A DNA stretch of 64,000 nucleotides from Eledone cirrhosa (Eukaryota): positions 392,522,001-392,586,000 of the forward strand of contig OZ024740.1 in the NCBI GenBank assembly GCA_964016885.1, given 5' to 3'. A model generated the notes under the pieces. That model saw only the letters and a program-made list of their open reading frames with translations. It searched no databases and had not been told where the DNA came from. How positions within the stretch are numbered: position 1 is the first letter of the stretch; each line of letters starts with the position of its first letter. The position numbers were made by a program, and so were the translations under genes. Below, in pieces: positions 1 through 9,400 of this stretch.

Positions 1-263
1 CACATGTTGATGGTCAGTTGGTCACAACTCCCAGACTGGAGCGTATAGAGAAGAGAAGAAATCTTCTCTTGGTAAGGTTCAAGTGGTCCTTTCGGTTGCC
101 GGCGCAAGAAGTGAGAAAATTAATGCCTTGATGTTCTCAAATATATAGTCCCCAGAGGAACGCAACTCCATTTAGTACATGGATCTGCCACTGGGAGTCG
201 CGACCGTCACAAAGGGACGCAACTCCTATACGTGCTGAGTTACAGCCGTTAGAGGCCGCTACA
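1..263. mobile_element. Probable LTR end (truncated by window edge) abutting a CRE-like LINE remnant
   Basis: Ends ...GGCCGCTACA at 263, where CRE-like homology begins. TATATAG at about 141-147 reads as a TATA on the - strand. Other end not visible. Confidence 0.4.
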
Positions 264-560
264 AGCCTGACAGAAGACCTGCATTTGCTATCCCAGTTAC
301 ATTGGACCATAGTATACTGGGGGACAGAGAGGCCTTCGCGTGTCCAGTAGGTCAGTGCCTGTTCAAGCTCTGGGGCCAGGTCAGGTTCAGTCGTCTGGAT
401 GAGACCCTCGCTGACGAGAGTGCGACTGGAGAAGATGAGGAGAGGTAGGCAGGTAGAGCCAGATCCGTAGCTGATCGGAAGCCGAGACCACCCAACCTCG
501 CTGGGAGTTTCACCTGTTGCCAGTCTGCGCTATCGAAATTGACACTGACTACTTTGTGTT
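264..560 (-). mobile_element. CRE-like non-LTR retrotransposon fragment (post-RT region)
   Basis: Minus strand reads LPARLGGLGFRSATDLALPAYLSSSS, the LP..GGLG motif of RLE-type LINEs. Clearly similar to 7700-8000. Confidence 0.65.
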
Positions 561-1068
561 CGTTCTAGATGTATCTGTAGCAATAATTTGAACTTTTTTT
601 TTATGTTAGCTCAGAGTGACTACACATTCTGACCCCTAGGCAACATGGAAACTCTTTTCTTTTGTTTTAAGACCTAGCTTCACCCAGTCTGGAGAAAGGG
701 GTTAATTGGAGCTTATCAGAGATCAAGTAGCTTCTTCATTCATTTTGTTCTCGTCTCTCAAAGGGGATACACCACATTTAATTTGTTCCAGAAATCAGGG
801 AGATGTAGTCGCTACACCCAGACATCCCGGTCTTATCGACAATGACCAACTAGCTTTATATCTATTGGCACTTCGACAAAAGTTACTCTACACACAACTG
901 TAAATATCATCTTTTGAACTATTTCACACACGCATACACAACAACACAGCCTTGTTTTCCTATTCTATTACCAATAGCTTAATAGCAGGTTATTAAATTA
1001 AAAAATATATTTAAGTAGCGATTCGTTTTTTATTTCATTACCTATGCGATCAGCTTACCAAAGGAATC

Positions 1069-1290
1069 TGTGGGTATAGTGTAGTGTGCGGTGGCCGGAG
1101 GCTGGGGAGTGCTCGACCGGAAGGGCCAGCAGGTCTGCCTCTCTCTAGGGTGGTCAGCGAACGTGGTGGACGTCAGTTTTGGAGCTCCCGGTTAACGAGT
1201 TGGATTGTACGCACGTGGGAGAGGAGAAACCAGCCATGGGATTAGCGGTGCCTGCGAAAATGGTAAGTGAAGTAGCTTTTTCTAACCACA
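1069..1290 (+). repeat. 5' LTR (222 bp)
   Basis: TGTGGGTA...CTAACCACA, direct repeat of 5343-5595. Confidence 0.93.
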
Positions 1291-1428
1291 AGCTATTTCG
1301 GCACTGGAAACTGAGATATAATTGAAAAAAAAAAAAAAAAAAAGAACTTTCTCGAAAACAAAGCTACTGGAAAAACAGAGAGGAGTCTGTTGTTTTTTTT
1401 ATTACTTACCGCAGGACAAAATTAGGAT

Positions 1429-2148
1429 ATGGCGACGAGATTACGAATGAGCGGAGAAGCGATTAGAGCATTTACCGGTGAAGGCGATGTTGTCGCTTGG
1501 CTGCGAAAAGTCCGGCTGGTCGCAAGCTTACAGAAGATAGATGTGGCTGGCCTCATGGCACTGTACTTCGAGGGGGATGCGTTGGCACTCTTCCTAGAGA
1601 TGGATGAACACAGCCAAAGGGATGCGCAAAAGATTGAGAGGCGTATGATGGAAGCGTTTGCGGAAGGACCGTTAGCCGCTTTTGCTAAGCTGGCAAGGAT
1701 TAGATGGAACGGTGAACGCGTTGACATTTTCGCAGCGGAAATACGGCGATTGGCCATGTTGGCTGGATATCAGGTGGAATGCGAACGCACGGTGCGGTTG
1801 GCGTTCATAAATAGATTTCCAGACGACATAGCGGTGAAACTGCAGCAAGTCCCGGGTTACAAGGAAATGGAGATGCGTGCACTGGTGGAGCAAGCCGGCA
1901 TCATAGCAGAAGATGCCAAGAAGAGTGTCGCGGCGATAACAATGACAGAGGCCCAAGGCAGCCGGCAGCGAAATGGTGAAAGGGAAGCAACCACGGCACG
2001 CGGTCGCCCGCGAACGTTTAGAGGTCGCTGTTTTAGGTGCCAGGGCCCGCACATGGCGAGAGACTGTAGAGAGTCAAGGCCGGACAAAATATGCTACTGG
2101 TGTAAGCGACCAGGCCACATCGCTACTAGCTGCAACCAGGGAAAATGA
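1429..2148 (+). CDS. gag: Retrotransposon Gag with two zinc knuckles
   Basis: Open 239-aa ORF ending in CFRCQGPHMARDC and CYWCKRPGHIATSC (CCHC knuckles). Confidence 0.9.
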   Translation: MATRLRMSGEAIRAFTGEGDVVAWLRKVRLVASLQKIDVAGLMALYFEGDALALFLEMDEHSQRDAQKIERRMMEAFAEGPLAAFAKLARIRWNGERVDIFAAEIRRLAMLAGYQVECERTVRLAFINRFPDDIAVKLQQVPGYKEMEMRALVEQAGIIAEDAKKSVAAITMTEAQGSRQRNGEREATTARGRPRTFRGRCFRCQGPHMARDCRESRPDKICYWCKRPGHIATSCNQGK

Positions 2149-5100
2149 TCCAATGGGAACTACTGCGCCGGTAGCTGCTCCTTACGAGTAGAGGCGCTGC
2201 CCGTGGTGAAAGTTTTCGTGAGGGGAAAGCCATAGCGAGCCCTCGTAGACGGGGGCTGTACGACGACACTGGTGACTGCGGGGGTAGCGCAGAGGTGGAG
2301 AGGGAAGAGCAGTGTAAGGGCAGTCGACGGTAGGAAAATTGAATGCCGAGGTCGCAGCTTGGTGGAGATGGCGGTACGGGGAAAGAAAAAATGGCTTTCT
2401 GCCATCGTAGTCGACAACGTGTTGGATGGGATCGGCGTAGTTATGGACATGGACGCAATTGGTCGTCTAGGAGGCGTCACAGTGAACAATGTCGGTGTGT
2501 CGTTTGGCGGCGCCGCATCGGTATGCGCTGTGAGTACGCGACAGGAGAACCAGAAGGCCCGCGAGGAGAAATATCCCGCTTACACTGTATAGGATAAAGA
2601 CTTCAAGGCCGTGTTCGATGGGCAACGATGGGTTGTTGAGTGGTACTGGAAAGGAGAACCACCAACACTGAAGACCAAAGTGGGCTGCTATCAACACACA
2701 TTGAAGGGAGACATTAGGAGCGAGTTCGAGCGAGAGGTAGAGAGATGGATTGAGGAGGGCATACTGCTTTCCTGGAAAGAGGAGGTGAAGTGCGGAGTAT
2801 TGCTGTAAATGGCGGTGGCGCAACCCACGAAGATCAAAGTGAGGCCGGTACTGGACTTTCGGGAGCTGAACTAGCACGTGTCATGCCACACGGGTGGCGA
2901 GGTCACGGATGTCTGTGGGGAAACCCTGCGTGAGTGGAGACGCATGACTGGGGCTTCCGCAATCGTCGATCTAAAGTCGGAATATTTACAATTACACATA
3001 GATGAGAAGCTCTGGCAGTATCAGCTGGTCAGGTATAAGGGCCGGACATATTGCCTGACCAGGCTCGGTTTCGGGCTGAGCTCTGCACTGAAGATCATGG
3101 CGGCGATCCTCAAGACCATTCTGGGAAAGGCCGACAAGATGAAGAGGGCCTACATTCCTACATTGACGACATCCTAGTGGACGAGTCTGTGGTGTCGGCG
3201 GCGGAGGTCACGAGCCATTTACAGGGGTATGGACTGGCTGCGAAGCCGTCAGAAGCGTTGGAGGGAGGAGCCGCGCTGGGACTTAGGCTTCGGCGAGACA
3301 GGACGGGCGTGTTAGTATTCCAGAGGGGAAATGAAGTTCCAGAACTGGGCCCAAGTATGAGTAGGCGGGAGCTTTTGTCGGCGTGTGGAAAGTTGATGGG
3401 TCACTACCCGATTGCTGGGTGGCTCCGGACGGCATGCAGCTTTGTCAAGAGACGAGCGGGCGGGGTGACTTGGAGTGACAGAGTGGGAGAGAGGACGGTG
3501 GCCATGATGCAGGAGATCGTGGAGAGGGTGAAGGCCGACGACCCAATGCGGGGACGCTGGTATGTTCCCAAATCGCAGAGCGGGACCGTATGGTGCGATG
3601 CCAGCAGCATAGCGCTAGGTGTCACGTTGGAGATAGGAGGTGTTGAGGTCGATGATGCAGCCTGGCTTAGGAAGAAGGAAGATTGCAACCACATCAATGT
3701 GGCCGAACTGGACGCGGTGTTGAGAGGGGTGAGCCTCACCCTGAGGTGGGGACTGCGCACCATCGAGATTCGCACCGACTCGGCTACTGTACTCGGATGG
3801 GTGAAATCAGTGCTCACCAGTGAGAAGAGAGTGCGAACGAGAGGGGCGGCGGAGATGCTGATAAAGCGCCGCCTGGGAACTTTAGGAGAGCTGGCCACCG
3901 AGTTCGACCTGAGGCTGAACGTAGTTTTCGTGCCCTTAGAGAAAAATAAGGCAGACGTTTTAACCAGGGTGAAGAAAGCCTGGATGGAAGCGCCGGAGGA
4001 TGTAGAAGAGGAGATAGCTGCCGTGTGTCGGCTGACCGAGTCGGATCTGAAAGGGTTGCATGACATGCACCACATGGGAGTGGATAGGACTCTGTTCCTA
4101 GACAGGAGAATCGACTCGGACGTTAACAGACACAGTGTTCAAAGAGTGGTTAGAGGCTGCGTCCGATGTCAGTCCATTGATCCCGCCCCGTGTGTGCACG
4201 AAACGGGAAGCCTCCCGGTGGATCGCGACTGGAAGCGATTGGCGGTGGATGTAACACACTACCGACAAGGAACATACCTCTCAATGGTCGACTGTGGACC
4301 GAGACGGATGGCGATATGGAGGGAGATGAAGACTGGAACGGCCGAGGAAATCACGCGGAGTTGAGAGAGGTGTTCTTGGAGCGGGGCCCTGTGGACGAAC
4401 TGCTGATGGACAACAGTGCAGCGTTCCGCTCGGAGGCGCTGAGGGAGATGCTCGATGGATGGAAGGTGGACCGTTTCATCAGAGCAGCGTACAGGCCGAG
4501 CGGAAATGGAATCGTGGAGCGACACCACTGGACGATCAAAGCAATGGCGGAGCGGGGCCATATCTCACCAATGGAGGCAGTGTTCTGGTACAACATGTTT
4601 CCTCGGGTGGGACAGGTTGAGGAATCGGTGGCACACAGAGCAGTATTCAGATACGAGTGGCGGCACCCGTGCACGCCACCACAATGGCCAGTGGAGAGAG
4701 AGAATGCATTCGTGCAGGTGGGCGAAGAAGTCTGGGTTAAGCCTATAGCGAAGAACTAGCGTGTATGAATGTAACAAGGAGACATAGTTTGTGTGTATAA
4801 TATTTAATCAACAATTTAACAGTATAGTTGACATGTCAATGAATAAACAAAAGAATGAAGCAAAGTTAGTAGTTACCGTTTTGATTGCCAGGCAAACGCA
4901 GGCTGGCAGAAGACGCCTGGCGAAGGCCAGGCGCCGGTAGGGCAAATGAGAGAGTGAGAACTTAAAGTTGTTAGTTTTATAGGGTTCTGACCGGAAGTTA
5001 CAGAAAGGGTTCTACTTCCCGTCTAGATGTTGTTAATCTATTGGGGTTGTGAGTCACAACAAGGGAGGCAACTGCTACAAGCCCCCAGATGCACGTTGCA

Positions 5101-5264
5101 CATCTCAATGGGGAAGGGGAACGGTGACGGCCGTAAATTCCCAGAATAATGTGTCCGTGGACGGATTACTACGTCATGTCGTGGATGTCCGTCGAATTAC
5201 TGTGTCAACGGACTCCGAGGAAGAGGAAACCCAAAGTGCCGCCCCAACACTGCGGAGATCGTAA
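2149..5264 (+). pseudogene. pol: Disrupted pol polyprotein (protease, RT, RNase H, DDE integrase)
   Basis: Protease ALVDGGCTT; RT VRPVLDFRELN, DLKSEYLQL, YIDD; RNase H WCDAS/HINVAEL/TDSAT/NKAD; integrase HDMHHMG...CVRC, DVTHY, DNSAAF, GNGIVER. In-frame stops (e.g. 2233-2235, 2590-2592, 2806-2808), frameshifts near 3150 and 4360, and a nested insertion. Confidence 0.92.
4744..5079 (-). mobile_element. Solo LTR of an unrelated family nested in the integrase C-terminus
   Basis: Ends TATAGC (mutated TGTAGC)...GCTACA. 4-bp TSD AGCC at 4740-4743 and 5080-5083. Excision restores VWVKPPDARCTSQWG in frame. Orientation inferred from a - strand TATA (CCCTATAAAA) at about 4975-4984. Confidence 0.85.
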
Positions 5265-5342
5265 AGAAGTTGCAAACCACCAGCCTGGACTTTCATATGC
5301 AGCAGGACGAGGGGGAAATTGATCCTTGAGATCAGGGGGGCG

Positions 5343-5595
5343 TGTGGGTATGGTGTGGTGTGCCGTGGCCGGAGGCTGAGAAGTGCTTGACCGGAAGGGT
5401 GCTTGACAGGAAGGGTGCTCGACCGGAAGGGCCAGCAGGTCTGCCTCTCTCTAGGGTGGTCACCGAACGTGATGGACGTCAGTTTTGGAGCTCCGGTTAA
5501 CGAGTTGGATTGTACGCACGTGGGAGAGGAGAAACCAGCCATGGGATTAGCGGTGCCATCGAAAGCGGCAAGTGAAGTAGCTTTTTCTAACCACA
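5343..5595 (+). repeat. 3' LTR (253 bp)
   Basis: Direct repeat of 1069-1290 with two extra copies of a 16-bp unit. Confidence 0.93.
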
Positions 5596-5605
5596 GAATC
5601 ATCAT

Positions 5606-5815
5606 AATGGTTTCTGATTTAGGCACAAGGCCAACAATTTTGGGGGGAGGAGAAAGTCGATAAAATCTACTCCAGTCTATTACTCGTGCTTTATTTTATC
5701 GACCCCGTAAGGATTAAAGGCAAAGATAACCTTGGCGAGATTTGAACTCATAACATAAAGGGCCGGAACTCTATGTCGCTATGCTTGTTGTCCGACGCTC
5801 TATCAATACTGCCAA
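5606..5815 (-). mobile_element. tRNA-derived SINE copy
   Basis: Same family as 9757-9936; the - strand has a B-box GAGTTCAAATC and the conserved core ATCCTTACGGGGTCGATAAAATAAAG. Confidence 0.75.
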
Positions 5816-6108
5816 AATGAACACAGTTGCTCACTTGCACATCTGTAATATCTGGTCATACATGCACAGGCACATCAATTTTCCTTCGTCTGCACGTTAC
5901 ACAACGGCGACTACATTACAAATCACAAGGCAATCCACAAGTGAACACGACTACTACCATCATTTCTTTTTCTTCTACGACGACGACGAACAAAAAAAAT
6001 TGTCAGTAAACAGTTTATGACTATGATACAGTCGCCTGCGTTGTTGAATCAGTTTGTGTGTTCGTAATCGTTATCTTTCATATATTTAAATTTCTGCTGA
6101 ATTGAAAT

Positions 6109-6112
<4 letters not shown>

Positions 6113-6163
<51 letters not shown>
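6113..6163. repeat. (TA)n microsatellite
   Basis: About 25 uninterrupted TA units. Confidence 0.95.
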
Positions 6164-6168
<5 letters not shown>

Positions 6169-6446
6169 ACTACACCCACATTTATATATATGAAAAATAA
6201 CAATCACTCATACACAAACTGGTTGAATAACGTAAGCGGCCTTATCATCATTACAACTTGTTTATAAAATTGCAAATTTCTCAGATACCGAATTCTTCCT
6301 AGGTATCTAAAAATCGATAAATTAAATGACTTCATTGGTCTTATGTTCAGATAGTTTATGAACATTAAAAGAAACAATCACATTTTCTTTAAGTGTGATG
6401 CTGATATATTTTCCTTCGTGTATTATTTAACGCCGGTAATGTAAAC

Positions 6447-6491
6447 ATGACACAGGTTACGAAAACAGGAAACAAGCATTTCATAAAAGAA
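6447..6491 (+). CDS. CEP162: CEP162 probable first coding exon
   Basis: ATG...MTQVTKTGNKHFIKE then GTAAG donor, phase 0. FIKE resembles the vertebrate N-terminal FMKE. Confidence 0.6.
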
Positions 6492-9400
6492 GTAAGAAAA
6501 ACATTGCTTATTTTTTATTTAAAAATATCGAAAAAGAAAGAAATGAAAGAAACATTTGAGATAAATATAAAACTGTTTCACTTCACTTAGTATTGAATAC
6601 GCTGACCGAGTATTTAAAATACGAAAACGTATTTACGTCTAATTTGTGATTAGAAACTTAGCAACCAAATCAAACTATAAAGTAGGATGCAGGTTCAAAA
6701 TTTCGCTTAAGGAAATAAGGATGATCTAATATTATAGTGAGGATCAAAAACTATATGACTATATGTACATGCGTTTGATGAATAGTTAATTATTATTCTT
6801 TTTTTAAAATTAATTAATATTTATTTTTGATTATTATTAATGTACCAGTAATGCACTGGGTATTGGTAGCCTTGTGCCTAAAGTAGAAACAATTATTAAT
6901 TTAATATATTGATAATGTAAATGTCTTTTATGGTTATGAAAACGGAAAAGGAAAGGCAAGGGCTCTAGGGTCACAGAAGAATGGGAAGGGAGAAGGATGG
7001 GCTTTAGGCCCAGGGAGCGGCGGTCTTGGGGCTGCGCCCCGCGGACAATGACAGCGACACCCGCTGCAACAGCCACCCCACCTCGCGGGGCTCCTTCCTC
7101 AGACGGGCTACTGACGTTCCGATCTTGCGGAGGAGCTCGGCAGTACGGGGTCCAAGTACGCCTGAGGTCTTGACGGCCTCTGGCACTAAGAGAAAGCGAC
7201 TGGACAATCCCCGATATTTGTTTGTCTTCCTTTCCTCTGCATTGCGGATCACACTGCTGAGGTTTGTGGCCAAAGCGAATAAGTTGCAGGTAGAGAATGT
7301 CTCATAACAAGTGGCGTCCCAGATGAGGGATCTACCTCCTTCGAATGGGAAGAGAGTGATTCCATTGGGACGTTTGCCGTCTCTGCTGTCGAGGCCTGCT
7401 GGCTCCAGTTGTGACGGGAATCCAGCTGCGTCCAGGATCTTTCTCAATATGTCGTTGAGAGCGGCATGTTGGGGGAACCGGCCTGCCTTCTGGCGGCAAG
7501 ACAGTGCAGGCTGAACTTGTCAACGACCGTCTCGCAATGTCATTTATGTGGCTCACACACGCAGAGGCCAAAGCATTGGGCCACTCCGATGCGAGTGCCC
7601 TCATCATCAAGATGAGTATCAGTTGATGAGGAGGGCACTGAAATGAGCCACCCGCCACTGTTTTGCAGTGAAGCGGAGCCGAAGCGGTGTTGGTCCAAGC
7701 CTGATTCGATCTGTCTGAAGGAAGACATGCATTTGATGTTGTCTTGGTTATGTTGGACATTTGTATACTGGGAGACAGAGAGGCCTTCGCCTGTCCAGTC
7801 GGCTAGAGCCTATTCGAGGTCTGGGGCCACATTAGGTTTGGCTGAGGTCCTTGCTGATGAAAGTGCGACTGGAGGAGATTAAGGAAAGGAAGGCTGATAG
7901 AGCCAGATCCGAAGCGGATCAGAAGCTGAGACCACTGAACCTCGCTGGGAGCTTCGCCTGTTGCCAGACGACGCTGTCAAAACTCACATTGCAGATCAGT
8001 TCTGCACAACGTCGTTTGAATAGTAACAAAATAGATAACCTAAATTTGCGCATGCATGTGTAGCCAGCTTATTTGGGTCCACTTCCCTCTAAATACAATA
8101 AAATAGTGGAAATCAACAAACACTAGATTTGTTTTCATCTTTGTTTGGGAATTGCAATTGTAAGCTTAAATGTTTTGTTATCACAACACAGACTATCTGC
8201 AAATAGGTGTGGTTAGGGAGTGGATGAAGCTTTGATACAGGTCAGGGAGCAGTTCCAGAGTAGGATAAATTGATTCAGAGAGTTTGGGATAACGTAGTCA
8301 ACACATATTTTCAACTCTGTTTGATCAGTCTGATTGGTATTCAAGTTGTTGCCTACTATCCACGAGTACCAAATATCTTTGGGATTGCCTGTGGCAAACA
8401 TCAGTGCCTTAGTCCAAATGAACTCCACATTTTCATTGCTTCCAGAGTCGGGGCCAATGTCTAGGCAGGTAGGAATTGAAGAAGCAATGCTGCAAGTCTT
8501 TTGATTCTGGGGGTCTGCATAGTCTGTCATGATGATTAAATGAACGTCATTTCACTCACTACACCAGTTAAAGCTAATCATAAAACGAGCCAGTTGGATT
8601 ATTCAGAGACGATGGGAAATGGCGTTAATGCCTCATATGAGACGCCACTATTAGTCACTCACTCTTTTACATATCCTTGATGCTGCAGCACACGTGGGAG
8701 TCATGGCAATACTGTTATTGAAATACTGTGGCATTTGAAACATCCAGGGGAGCTGGGTTGCAGCTAGTCAGGTCTTTGTCATCATTGGCAGCTCACCTTA
8801 CTAATGTGATGCTCATGAGAATGCTTGGCTAGTATAGCACCTGGATCTTGCTATTACCTGAAGCAATGCTATGATTGTTTCTGGTTGCTTCAAACATATT
8901 TAGAGGGCCACACCCCCATTCCCTGTTGTATTTAATTGGGGAAATGTGCATGACTTTTCTTTTTTTTCTGACAATTTTTATTGAATTTTTTCTTATGTAA
9001 ATCATACTCTGATTACCAAAACAAATGGAGAAGGGAATTGAAGATGTACTTTATAGTAGCTCCTACTATAAAGTACATCTTCAATTCAGTTGGAAACGCT
9101 AAAATAAAAACAAAACATTACAGTCTTAAGTCCAAAATAGCAATTTGATATAAGTTGCATTTGCATTTGCAAAATTAAACATTTTTGTCAACAAGATGTA
9201 CCCATAAGCTCTTTGTATTTGCAACTTGTCACTGATACTAAAAAGGTTCTCTGTCCTTGGTTTATAGCATTGGACATCTAGTATGAGACTGCAAAGATAG
9301 GTTTCACTATGGTAGTATCAAAAAAGCATTTTGGAATTAAAAGGAGCAAGTTGTGTATATAAAACATGTTCAGATGCAAATGAGATTTATCACGAGAAAG

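Larger units (their letters stand above)
1069..5595 (+). mobile_element. Full-length, inactivated LTR retrotransposon (Ty3/Gypsy domain order PR-RT-RH-IN)
   Basis: Paired LTRs 1069-1290 and 5343-5595, both TG...CA. 5-bp TSD GAATC at 1064-1068 and 5596-5600. Purine-rich tract just before the 3' LTR. gag and pol remnants lie between. Confidence 0.95.

Noticed and set aside
1422-5663. Antisense and alternate-frame ORFs over the LTR element (e.g. 3404-4075 minus, 223 aa)
   Set aside because: Shadow ORFs expected opposite GC-rich coding sequence; no recognisable motifs.
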